This document shows positions 55,479-64,000 of a DNA stretch of 64,000 nt, one piece after another. Numbering within the stretch: position 1 is the stretch's first letter; each line of letters opens with the position of its first letter. The notes beneath the pieces are model-generated. The model saw nothing but the letters and a program-made list of their open reading frames with translations, was not told the DNA's origin and did not search any database. A program made the position numbers and the translations under genes. The stretch comes from Nitrospirota bacterium. Its GTDB lineage: Bacteria; JACPQY01. Where the stretch lies: assembly GCA_016180645.1 (NCBI GenBank), contig JACPAV010000006.1:1-64000 (forward strand). Reading direction: 5' to 3'.

Positions 55479-56702
55479 ATGAAGAAACGGCGCATGGACC
55501 CCATACCCCCTCCTCTCGCCGTCCCCGCAGTGAAACGGAGGGTGAGGCCGGAAAAAGACTGGGAGGCGAAGCTTGCGGGACTGAGACGAGCGGGACTCTG
55601 GCGTTCCATGCGGGAGATTCAGTCGTCCCAAGGACCCGAGGTGAATCTGAACGGTCGAAAGGTCGTCATGCTCTGCAGCAACAACTATCTCGGCCTAGCC
55701 GGGCACCCCGCTTTGAGGTCCGCGGCCATCCGGGCGGTGGAACGGTATGGAGTGGGATCGAGCGGCGCGCGGCTGATCTCCGGCGCCATGTCGCCCCACA
55801 AGCAACTGGAGGAACGCCTGGCCGCGTTCAAACGGGCGCCCGCTGCACTCGTGTACAACTCGGGGTACCACGCCAATCTCGGATTGCTTCAAGCGCTGAC
55901 GGGGCCGGACGACGTCGTATTTTCAGACGAGCTCAATCACGCCTCGATCATCGATGGCTGCCGCCTTTCACGCGCAAGGATTATGGTCTATCGACATGGG
56001 GACATGGACCATCTGGAATCTCTGCTGAGACGCGTTCGGACAAAGAAGAAGCTCGTGGTGACCGACACGGTCTTTGGCATGGATGGAGATCTGGCACACC
56101 TGCCTGAGTTGGTCCACCTCTCGGAGCACCATGGCGCCCGGCTGATGGTTGATGAAGCGCACGCCACGGGAGTGTTCGGTCCCCGGGGGGGGGGGCTCGC
56201 GGAGGAGTTCGGACTCCAGCATCGCATCCCGATTCAGATGGGAACGCTGGGCAAAGCCCTGGGATGTTTCGGCGCCTACGTGGCCGGTTCGCGTGCGCTG
56301 ATCGACCTGCTGATTAATACGTCACGCAGCTTCATCTTTACCACCGCGCTGCCCCCGGCCGTATGCGCCGCCGCCATCGCGGCTATCGATCTCGTGGAAA
56401 AAGGAACCGCGCTCAGGGAACGACTGTGGAGTCGAGTTCGTCAGTATACCCGGGGTCTCACCGCCCTCGGAGTCGACGCGCAACCGCAGAGCCCCATTTT
56501 GCCGATCGTTCTCGGAGAAAACGCCCGGGTCATGCGTACGTGCGAGTCGCTCCTCGGGCGCGGGGTATTTGCCCAAGGCATACGCTACCCGACCGTTCCC
56601 AAGGGCACCGCCCGACTCCGCACCTCCTTGATGGCGACGCATACTCGGGACCACATCCGAACCGTCCTGACCGCCCTGAAAGCCGTTCTGAATCAGGCTT
56701 AA
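55479..56702 (+). CDS. bioF: 8-amino-7-oxononanoate synthase
   Basis: SNNYLGLA, SGYHANLG, DELNHASIIDG, DEAHATG, GTLGKALG. Confidence 0.92.
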   Translation: MKKRRMDPIPPPLAVPAVKRRVRPEKDWEAKLAGLRRAGLWRSMREIQSSQGPEVNLNGRKVVMLCSNNYLGLAGHPALRSAAIRAVERYGVGSSGARLISGAMSPHKQLEERLAAFKRAPAALVYNSGYHANLGLLQALTGPDDVVFSDELNHASIIDGCRLSRARIMVYRHGDMDHLESLLRRVRTKKKLVVTDTVFGMDGDLAHLPELVHLSEHHGARLMVDEAHATGVFGPRGGGLAEEFGLQHRIPIQMGTLGKALGCFGAYVAGSRALIDLLINTSRSFIFTTALPPAVCAAAIAAIDLVEKGTALRERLWSRVRQYTRGLTALGVDAQPQSPILPIVLGENARVMRTCESLLGRGVFAQGIRYPTVPKGTARLRTSLMATHTRDHIRTVLTALKAVLNQA

Positions 56703-56709
56703 CTCAAGG

Positions 56710-57987
56710 CTACACGTTGCACGGCTCGATTCGCCAGGCGCGCCACTTGCACTGGTGGAGGAGGTCGTCGTGAAAGTACCGGAGAGCCGGCGTGGAACCG
56801 CCACGGATGAGTTCCATCGCTCGGGTGGGATCCAAGTACAACCGTTCCGACAATCCGTGCTCACTTTCCCCTCGCGCCAGTACTTGATCGGAAGGGCGCG
56901 CATGATCGAGGATCCGGCCGGCCGGGCACAGCTTGTTGCTCAGCCCCTGCGATCGAATCTCGAGCGCGAGGTCGTTGTCCCACACATGGAGGAAACGCTC
57001 GTCCACCATGGAAGTTCTCATGAATACACTGCGTCGCACGAACGGATAGGCCCCGCCCTCCACTTCGATGGCTTCCGGGGGCAACCCCGCCTCGGTGGGG
57101 CGGACCCCTCTGCGATTCGGGACGCGGCCATGCAGGTTCATCCAATCATGTCTCCGGCTCATGTAGGGAATGCAGGATGCGGTGTACCGGATCGTCCCGT
57201 CCGTCGCCAGGGCCAGCGGCGTGACTTCCCCTACCCCTCCGGTCCGACCGCTCGCTTCCAACAGCGCGGTATCCCATCCGGGAAGCACCTCCACATCATC
57301 GGCGAGCGCGCCCATCAGGTCCGCTTGCGCAAGTTGGAAGAGAAGCTTGTAGGCCCGAATCGTGGAGCGGTGGCCCTGTGAGAAGACCACACCCAATTCA
57401 GGAAGATCATTCCGAGTCGCACGGAGGTATTCCTGAGTTCCGTCCGAACTCCGGTTGTCATACACGATCAGCTCATACGGCGAGATCGTATTCCTGCGGA
57501 CACTTTCGACGAGGATCGCAAGCGAGTCACGCCGATTCCAAGTCGAGACGGCGATCGACAGCGCGGGCGAACACTCCCCTCTCGGCGGCAGGAACTCGAA
57601 GCCAGGCACATCGAGGGATGTTTGCGCAACGGCCAGAAGATTCTCCACCCGGCTCAGGGAGGGCGAATCCAGGCCGAGGAGATTGCTCAGTTTTAGATCC
57701 AGATAGAGAAAGAAAAAGTCATCGGGATCCCGCCGCAAAACCCCGCCGAGAATTCGACGAACCGACGGGATGTCATTTTTCTGAATCCCGGCCACGGCCA
57801 AGGCGTCCAGATACACGCGTTCGGCAGGCGTGAACGGACCGTTTTCGGCCTCGCGCGCGAGGCGGTCGAACGCCCAGTCCAGGTGCTTGCGCCATTCGGC
57901 ATCATTTGAGATCGCACCCCGCAACTGGGCGAAGCACGCCTGCCGGATTTCGTCGAGATGGAAGGGCGCCGGTTCGCGCGAGGTCAC
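56710..57987 (-). CDS. Glycosyltransferase family 2 protein with N-terminal helical domain
   Basis: LSIAVSTWNR, ELIVYDNRSSDGT, LADDVEV. Confidence 0.8.
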   Translation of the reverse strand: MTSREPAPFHLDEIRQACFAQLRGAISNDAEWRKHLDWAFDRLAREAENGPFTPAERVYLDALAVAGIQKNDIPSVRRILGGVLRRDPDDFFFLYLDLKLSNLLGLDSPSLSRVENLLAVAQTSLDVPGFEFLPPRGECSPALSIAVSTWNRRDSLAILVESVRRNTISPYELIVYDNRSSDGTQEYLRATRNDLPELGVVFSQGHRSTIRAYKLLFQLAQADLMGALADDVEVLPGWDTALLEASGRTGGVGEVTPLALATDGTIRYTASCIPYMSRRHDWMNLHGRVPNRRGVRPTEAGLPPEAIEVEGGAYPFVRRSVFMRTSMVDERFLHVWDNDLALEIRSQGLSNKLCPAGRILDHARPSDQVLARGESEHGLSERLYLDPTRAMELIRGGSTPALRYFHDDLLHQCKWRAWRIEPCNV

Positions 57988-59042
57988 ACCTTCCCCGTTT
58001 CGGCCGCCCGCGCCGCGGCCTGGGCCAGCACGCGAACCCCTTCAATGAAAATCGAGAATCGCTCGTCCTTCGTCAGTCCCTTCCTGTAGCGATAGTAGAT
58101 TTGCTGGAGAACCACCGCCGTCTTGAAGAGGGCGAATGCGTAGTAGAAAGACAGGTGGGTGACCGCTCGCCCCGTCTTTTCCGCGTATCGCGCCGCCAAC
58201 TCCTTGCGGGTTGGGTTTCCCGGCAGATGGGTAGGCCCGAACCCGAGGGCTTGAAGCTCAAATCCATCGTCCTCCTGCACCCAGTATCCCAGCGTGGTGC
58301 CCAGGTCCATCCACGGGTCCCCCACGGTGGACATCTCCCAGTCGAGGACTCCGATGATCCGGGTCAAATCCGCCGGGTCAAGGACCACGTTGTCGTACTT
58401 GTAGTCATTGTGAATGATGCCCGCGCCGCTCTCCGGCGGCCGATTCGCCTCGAGCCACTTTGCCGATGCGTCGATTTCGGGAATCGAGTCGGTCTGGGAG
58501 TCCGCGTAGCGTCGCGTCCACCCCGTCACTTGACGCTCCACATAACCCTCCGGCTTGCCAAGATCTCCCAATCCCGCGGCCTTGAAATCGATCTGGTGCA
58601 GCACGGCGAGATTGTCGATAAGCGACTCGCCCATTTTGCGAAGGGTTTCCGGTGTGAGGGACACGCCCTCAGGAATCTGGCGGCGCAGGATGACCCCTTT
58701 GATCCGCTCCATCAGATAGAACGGCGCCCCCAACACCGAGACGTCTTCGCAGTAGAGGATCGGCCGAGGAGCGGGAGGATAGACGGCGTGGAGCTTCGAG
58801 AGAATCCGATACTCCCGTCCCATGTCGTGCGCCGTCTTGACCTTGCTCCCGAAGGGAGGGCGCCGAAGGATCCATTCGTGCCCACCCGCTCGCACCAGGT
58901 AGGTCAAGTTGGAATGCCCGCTGGGAAACTGCTCAATGGCCAAAGCGCCCTCGGGTTCTCCCAATTCGCGCGCAAGAAGTTGACCCAGAGCAGCCGGGTC
59001 GAGTTCCTCGCCCGGTCGCGGGGGCCGGGCACCGTCTACCAC
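57984..59042 (-). CDS. Phosphotransferase (APH family, ACAD10/11-like)
   Basis: GHSNLTY, AHDMGREY, HNDYKYDN, VLDWEMSTVGDP. Confidence 0.92.
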   Translation of the reverse strand: MVDGARPPRPGEELDPAALGQLLARELGEPEGALAIEQFPSGHSNLTYLVRAGGHEWILRRPPFGSKVKTAHDMGREYRILSKLHAVYPPAPRPILYCEDVSVLGAPFYLMERIKGVILRRQIPEGVSLTPETLRKMGESLIDNLAVLHQIDFKAAGLGDLGKPEGYVERQVTGWTRRYADSQTDSIPEIDASAKWLEANRPPESGAGIIHNDYKYDNVVLDPADLTRIIGVLDWEMSTVGDPWMDLGTTLGYWVQEDDGFELQALGFGPTHLPGNPTRKELAARYAEKTGRAVTHLSFYYAFALFKTAVVLQQIYYRYRKGLTKDERFSIFIEGVRVLAQAAARAAETGKV

Positions 59043-59047
59043 CTCCC

Positions 59048-60247
59048 TCAGATGTTCACCCCGTGCTGTTTGAGCAGGCGCCGCGCCACAACCACCTTGT
59101 GCACCTCGTCGGCCCCGTCGTAGATGCGCGAGGCCCGTTCATTCCGATAAAAGAAAGCCAGCGGCGTATCATCCGTTACACCGAGTGCGCCATGGACCTG
59201 GATGGCGCGGTCGATGACTTTTCCCATCACGGCCGCCACATAGAACTTGATCAGGGAGACTTCTTCCCTCGCCTCGTACAGCCCTTCGTTCTCGATTCTC
59301 CACGCCGCATGCAGGACCATCAGCCGGGCCGCCTGAATTTCCGCGCGGCATTCCGCTATCCACTCCTGAACGATCTGCTTGGAGCCGAGCATCTTTCCAG
59401 GTGACATCGGACGCGTGGCCGCGCGATGGCACATCAATTCGAATGACCTCTCACAAATTCCGATCCACCGCATGCAATGGTGAATCCGACCCGGTCCAAG
59501 CCTCTCCTGCGCAATGAGGAATCCGGTACCCTCCTCCCCCAGCCGGTTGGCTTGGGGAACGCGGCAGTTCTGGTAGATGATTTCGGCGTGGCTCGCGTAG
59601 TCGTCGCCCTTATGACCCATGACGGAGATATTCCGGACAAGGTTGAAGCCCGGTGTGCCCGTGGGAACGATGATCTGACTTGCCTGCATGTGGGGTTCGG
59701 CCTCGGGATTCGTGACGGCCATGACCACCGCAAACGCGGCGCCGTCGGCCGCCGTGGTGAACCACTTCTGTCCGTTGATCACATAGTCGGTGCCGTCCTT
59801 CACGGCCTTCGTCTCCATCCAGGTGGGATTCGAGCCGGGCAGCTCGGGCTCGGTCATCGAGAAACAGCTCCGGATTTCTCCTTTGAGGAGCGGAGTTAGG
59901 TACTTCTGTTTCTGCTCCGGGGTGCCATACTGCATCAGGATCTCCATGTTGCCGGAGTCGGGCGCCTGGCAATTGAAGAGGTAATGGCCCAATGGGCTCC
60001 GGCCCAGTTCCTCGCTGATCTGCGCGTGCTCCAGAAGCGAAAATCCCGCTCCGCCGAACTCCTGGGGCACCTGAGGACACCATAAACCCGTCTGCTTGAC
60101 TCGCTCCCGTTTCCCGGCAAGAACGGGGACCATCACCTTGAAGCTTTTTGTGGCGAAATCCCTTTCCAGCGGATACACCTCCTTCTTCATGAACTCGCGA
60201 ATCATCGCGATGACGGTGCGCATTTTTTCTGAGACTGCGAAATCCAT
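59048..60247 (-). CDS. Acyl-CoA dehydrogenase (ACAD10/11-like)
   Basis: NCQAPDSGNMEIL, FSMTEP, RLGPGRIHHCMR, RIYDGADEVH. Confidence 0.94.
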   Translation of the reverse strand: MDFAVSEKMRTVIAMIREFMKKEVYPLERDFATKSFKVMVPVLAGKRERVKQTGLWCPQVPQEFGGAGFSLLEHAQISEELGRSPLGHYLFNCQAPDSGNMEILMQYGTPEQKQKYLTPLLKGEIRSCFSMTEPELPGSNPTWMETKAVKDGTDYVINGQKWFTTAADGAAFAVVMAVTNPEAEPHMQASQIIVPTGTPGFNLVRNISVMGHKGDDYASHAEIIYQNCRVPQANRLGEEGTGFLIAQERLGPGRIHHCMRWIGICERSFELMCHRAATRPMSPGKMLGSKQIVQEWIAECRAEIQAARLMVLHAAWRIENEGLYEAREEVSLIKFYVAAVMGKVIDRAIQVHGALGVTDDTPLAFFYRNERASRIYDGADEVHKVVVARRLLKQHGVNI

Positions 60248-60254
60248 GGATTCC

Positions 60255-60971
60255 CTATCGATAGGTCCAGAGGGACGAGTCCAAGTGCGGCAGGGCATTG
60301 AAGGTGCTGAGCGTAAAGTGCTCGCCTGAGAACAGGAACTCCGTCAGTGCGGAATTCCGGATCACCCACGCCAGGCTCAAGGTTGTCTTCTCGTCCGTAC
60401 CCAGCGCGCAATGCAGGGCGATGGAAATCGGCCCACCCGAGGTAAACGCGACCAGTTTCTGGCCCTTCGACGCCGCTTTCCGCATGGTGTCCAGAGACGA
60501 TCGAACCCGCTCGATAAACGCATCCCATCGCTCCACGCCCGGCCAGTTGAAGGACCCCCCCACCCAAAGCTTCATGATTTCCTGGAAGACAAGCTGGAAC
60601 TTTTTCGATGCCTCCTCCCGCCCGTTCGATTTCTGGAAGTCGTCGACGAGACTCCTGACATTGTCGTACCGGCCAACCAGTTCGGGAAGGGCCTGTCGAG
60701 TGAGTGTTTCCCAATCGTATTCATCCAAACCCGGAAGGACTTCGGCCTTCGGCCACGGAGAGCCATTTTGGAGCGAGGGAGCCGAGGCCAACTCGGCCGT
60801 TTTCAGATGTCTCTTCCTCGGTCCCACGAACACGCGATCGAAGCGCATGCTACGCTCATGCCAGAAAAGGCCGAGACGGCGCGACTGTTCTTCGCCCACA
60901 TCGGAGAGGCGGTCATAGTTCTCGTCCAACCACGAGGCCTGACCATGTCGTACCAAAGTGAGTGTGCTCAT
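60255..60971 (-). CDS. Histidine phosphatase family protein
   Basis: LVRHGQAS...YDRLS, FTSGGPI, FNALPHL. Confidence 0.92.
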   Translation of the reverse strand: MSTLTLVRHGQASWLDENYDRLSDVGEEQSRRLGLFWHERSMRFDRVFVGPRKRHLKTAELASAPSLQNGSPWPKAEVLPGLDEYDWETLTRQALPELVGRYDNVRSLVDDFQKSNGREEASKKFQLVFQEIMKLWVGGSFNWPGVERWDAFIERVRSSLDTMRKAASKGQKLVAFTSGGPISIALHCALGTDEKTTLSLAWVIRNSALTEFLFSGEHFTLSTFNALPHLDSSLWTYR

Positions 60972-61032
60972 ATCTTGCCGTCGCGAGTGTTTCGAGCCTA
61001 CGCGCGGCTTTTTGTTCTGTCAAAGCCGCCCC

Positions 61033-61953
61033 TCAATCGGGGCGAAGGCTCGACAGAAGGAGGCGCCGCATGAGCGGGATTGGCGCAGGTTGCCCCGTCC
61101 AGATCTGAAACGACTCCGCCGCCTGGTAGAGAAACATCGCCCACCCTCCCAGCGTTCTCCGACCGGCCTTCTTCGCCGCCTTCAAGAAAGGCGTCTCGAG
61201 CGGGCGGTAGACGATGTCAGCAACCCGCGCCTGGCGGGGAGAATCCTGGAATGGAAATCGAATGGCGCTCCGTCCGTCCAATCCGACGGATGTGGTTTGA
61301 ACGATCAGATCGGCCCCCTCGGCGGCGTGTTCCATGGAAGTTCGATCCAGCGCAGCGCTTTCCACGATGGTCTTGCGCGTCACCGTCCTCACATTAACGG
61401 CCAGGCTCCGGGCCCTCGAGACCGTGCGATTCAGGATGATGATCGAGCGTAACCCGCACGGCGCCAGTGCGTGCGCCACTCCCTTCGCGGCGCCTCCCGC
61501 ACCGAGAATCACCACTCTTTTCCCACGCGCGTCGAAGCCGAATTCCTTCTTGATCGCCGCCAGGAATCCCGAACCATCCGTGTTGAATCCCTCCAGTCGG
61601 CGGCCGCGAACGCGGATGCAATTTACAGCCCCGCACACTTTTGCTTCAGGTGAAAGGTGATCGATGAATCGCAGAACCGCCTCTTTGTGAGGCACGGTTA
61701 CGTTCATCCCCAAGGTACGAGCGTGCGGAGCAAGCCCGAAAAACGGCCGGAGCAAACGATGAGGAAGCCGCAGGGGAACATACACATGGGGCAGCCCCAC
61801 TTTCTTGAAGGCTGCATTGTGGAGGAGGGGCGAGAGCGAATGGGAGACCGGGTCCCCAATCAGCCAAGCGACGCAGGGATTCGATCGTCTTTCCACTCGT
61901 CGTCCGTGCAGCGGAGCGGAAGGGAGCGTCTGAGGCTCAATCTTTTCTATCAC
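61033..61953 (-). CDS. aroE: Shikimate dehydrogenase
   Basis: GDPVSHSLSP, NVTVPHKE, GAVN, NTDG, GAGGAA, DIVYRP. Confidence 0.95.
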   Translation of the reverse strand: MIEKIEPQTLPSAPLHGRRVERRSNPCVAWLIGDPVSHSLSPLLHNAAFKKVGLPHVYVPLRLPHRLLRPFFGLAPHARTLGMNVTVPHKEAVLRFIDHLSPEAKVCGAVNCIRVRGRRLEGFNTDGSGFLAAIKKEFGFDARGKRVVILGAGGAAKGVAHALAPCGLRSIIILNRTVSRARSLAVNVRTVTRKTIVESAALDRTSMEHAAEGADLIVQTTSVGLDGRSAIRFPFQDSPRQARVADIVYRPLETPFLKAAKKAGRRTLGGWAMFLYQAAESFQIWTGQPAPIPLMRRLLLSSLRPD

Positions 61954-63001
61954 GCCCCAAGCGATGGAATGTTTGCGCCGCCCTTTTCGCTCGTGGGTCT
62001 TGCTTGGCTTCGCGCAAGGCCCACGTCCAAGGACGGCGATATGAAACCAGATGATGATGCGGCGCGGAGTGGATGTCTTTGGCGATCTGCCGCTTCAACG
62101 CATCCACGGAATCAAATTTCTTCTCTGACCGAATTCGCTCCAGGAGCTCGACGCGCAAGGTCCGCCCGTAGAGCGGTTTCTTCCATCCTGGGATGTGTAC
62201 CTCCAGGCTGAGCGTCTTCCCTCCCACCGTGGGATTGGTGCCAATGCTCATGACGGCCGGTAGCCGCTCGGGGGGATATTTACCCCTGTCCATCTCCACC
62301 CAAACCGAGTAGATGCCCTTGGCCGGGATCACCGCGTCACCCACATCCAGGTTCGCCGTGGGGAAACCGATCCTGGAACCGAGCCCTCGCCCCTTGCGGA
62401 CAACTCCGATCAACACGTAGGGACGCCCCAGGAGTTTCCGGGCTTCCGCCACTTCGCCCGCATTGATCTTCTCCCGAATCAGTGTGCTCTTGATGAGGAC
62501 CCCGTGCCGGCGGATCGGCGCCACGACCTGAAACTGAAATCCCCATTCCCGGGCCAGTTTCTCCAACAGGGCAGAATCACCCTCCCTATCTCTCCCGAAG
62601 AAGAAGTCATAGCCCACGATCAACACCCGCGCGCCCAGCCCCTTCACCACATAGCGCCGCACAAAATCCCTCGGAGCGAGACGCGCCGTACTGTGGCTGA
62701 ATCGAAGAACAAACAGGTGGTCCACTCCCGAAGACCGGATCTGGCGAATTTTTTCCGGGAGAGGGGTCAACAGCCTGAAATCCGCCGCCTTGCCGAGGAC
62801 CTTTCCGGGATGCGGGTGGAGCGTCACGATCACCGATTGGAGACCGGCCCGTCGGGCCGTCTCGCGGACGCGCCGGAAAATCTCCTGATGTCCCAAGTGC
62901 ACACCGTCAAAATTCCCGATCGTGGCAACGGTCCCGACCTTCCTGCTCCGTGCAGCCAGGATTGAAGCTCGAATCGATTTCAAACCGGTGTGGGCACGCA
63001 T
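61937..63001 (-). CDS. ribF: Bifunctional riboflavin kinase/FAD synthetase
   Basis: IGNFDGVHLGHQ, VGYDFFFG, GFPTAN, GTNPT, IRSEKKF. Confidence 0.95.
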   Translation of the reverse strand: MRAHTGLKSIRASILAARSRKVGTVATIGNFDGVHLGHQEIFRRVRETARRAGLQSVIVTLHPHPGKVLGKAADFRLLTPLPEKIRQIRSSGVDHLFVLRFSHSTARLAPRDFVRRYVVKGLGARVLIVGYDFFFGRDREGDSALLEKLAREWGFQFQVVAPIRRHGVLIKSTLIREKINAGEVAEARKLLGRPYVLIGVVRKGRGLGSRIGFPTANLDVGDAVIPAKGIYSVWVEMDRGKYPPERLPAVMSIGTNPTVGGKTLSLEVHIPGWKKPLYGRTLRVELLERIRSEKKFDSVDALKRQIAKDIHSAPHHHLVSYRRPWTWALREAKQDPRAKRAAQTFHRLGRDRKD

Positions 63002-63074
63002 AGAATGCGGACACCCAAGCTATCCTCTCGATCCTTCGATGTCAACGGAACGGGCATGATGTAGACTACGCGCC

Positions 63075-64000
63075 ATGATCATGCACGCCTACATCGTCAA
63101 GGAGTTCCTCATTCCTTGTCTCATCGGCTTCTGCTTGTTCACATCCGTATTTCTCTCGGACAAAATTCTCCGCTTGCTGGACCTCCTCCTCACCCAGGGC
63201 GTGCCCTTCGCCGTGATTGCGCGACTCTATCTCCTCTCGCTTCCCTCGTTTCTCCCCATCACCATCCCGCTTTCATTCCTTGTGGGCCTCACGGTCGGGT
63301 TCGCCCGACTGTCCGCCGACGGCGAGTACATGGCGATGAGAGTGTCCGGCCGGCCGTTCCGGTCGCTCCTGGTTGCGCCGGCCGTCTTCGGGGTGATCTT
63401 CTACTCGCTTTCCATGTATGTTTCCGTCTACGCCCAGCCCAAAGCCGCCATGTCCTTCAAAGACCTCCTGAGAGAAACGGCCGAGAGCCAGATCGAGTCC
63501 GCCGTGAAAGAGCGCGTGTTCTTCGACGAGTTCGAAAACCTCCTGCTCTACGTTCAAAAGGTTTCCAAAGATACCCGCGCGTTTGGAGGGGTATTCATCT
63601 CCGACCAACGTGAAGGACGGAACATGACCGTGATAGCACGGAGCGGAGTCCTGACCAAACCCGCGGAGGATGTGCCCGAAGGCGAGCAGGAATCGCGAAA
63701 ATTCGTCCTCGAGGGGGGCGTGTCCGTCAGCCGGGCGAAGGATCGCGACGAGCTGACGCTTGTGCGTTTCGATCGCTACGAACTGCCGATGCGAAATGTG
63801 AAGAAGTCTTTCGTGAAGCCCCTGCCCGACCCGCGGGATCTGACTCACATTCAACTCAAGGCCGAAATCCAGCGCATGAAGGCCGAACAGGTGGAATTCA
63901 AACAGGTCTTTCCCTACGAAATCGAATTCTATCGTAAATGGGCAATGCCCTTTTCGTGCTTCGTTTTTCTCCTGCTGGGGCCCGCCCTCGTGGCGGTGGC
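63075..64000 (+). CDS. lptF: LptF/LptG family LPS export permease, runs off the window end
   Basis: Not in the ORF track. Manual translation MIMHAYIVKEFLIPCLIG...TIPLSFLVGLTVGFARLSADGEYMAMRVSG...RKWAMPFSCFVFLLLG. Confidence 0.88.
   Translation, partial: MIMHAYIVKEFLIPCLIGFCLFTSVFLSDKILRLLDLLLTQGVPFAVIARLYLLSLPSFLPITIPLSFLVGLTVGFARLSADGEYMAMRVSGRPFRSLLVAPAVFGVIFYSLSMYVSVYAQPKAAMSFKDLLRETAESQIESAVKERVFFDEFENLLLYVQKVSKDTRAFGGVFISDQREGRNMTVIARSGVLTKPAEDVPEGEQESRKFVLEGGVSVSRAKDRDELTLVRFDRYELPMRNVKKSFVKPLPDPRDLTHIQLKAEIQRMKAEQVEFKQVFPYEIEFYRKWAMPFSCFVFLLLGPALVAV

Overview
GC-rich bacterial chromosome segment. The gene content looks deltaproteobacterial/Myxococcota-like, but this is an inference. 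It is mostly housekeeping and lipid-metabolism genes: thiolase-DUF35-PaaK-like ligase, two acyl-CoA dehydrogenases, TRAP DctP, nuoG/nuoI, glpD, phasins, lpoB-COG3014-LPP20 lipoproteins, alaC-like aminotransferase, thrC, tldD, an NtrC-type two-component system, nadB, mtnP, ndk, HD-GYP, ilvE, HU, bioF, aroE, ribF and lptF. Three type II toxin-antitoxin pairs and many palindromic intergenic repeats are interspersed. I recognised no rRNA, tRNA, CRISPR array, integrase, transposase or reverse transcriptase. Best leads: (1) an AhpD/CMD-family gene split by an in-frame TGA in a CxxU motif with a SECIS-like hairpin, a probable selenoprotein; (2) a 67-bp structured mini-element inserted into three different palindromic repeats, each time with a CC/GG duplication and showing compensatory changes; (3) an FGE/C-lectin-fold lipoprotein whose 3' end looks like a diversity-generating retroelement (DGR) variable region; (4) a 7TM-GAF-Fis-HTH regulator with no kinase next to a PaaK-like adenylating enzyme; (5) a symmetric operator upstream of three phasin-like genes, a poly-G promoter spacer and apparently frequent leaderless genes. 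All calls come from reading the sequence; no searches were run.
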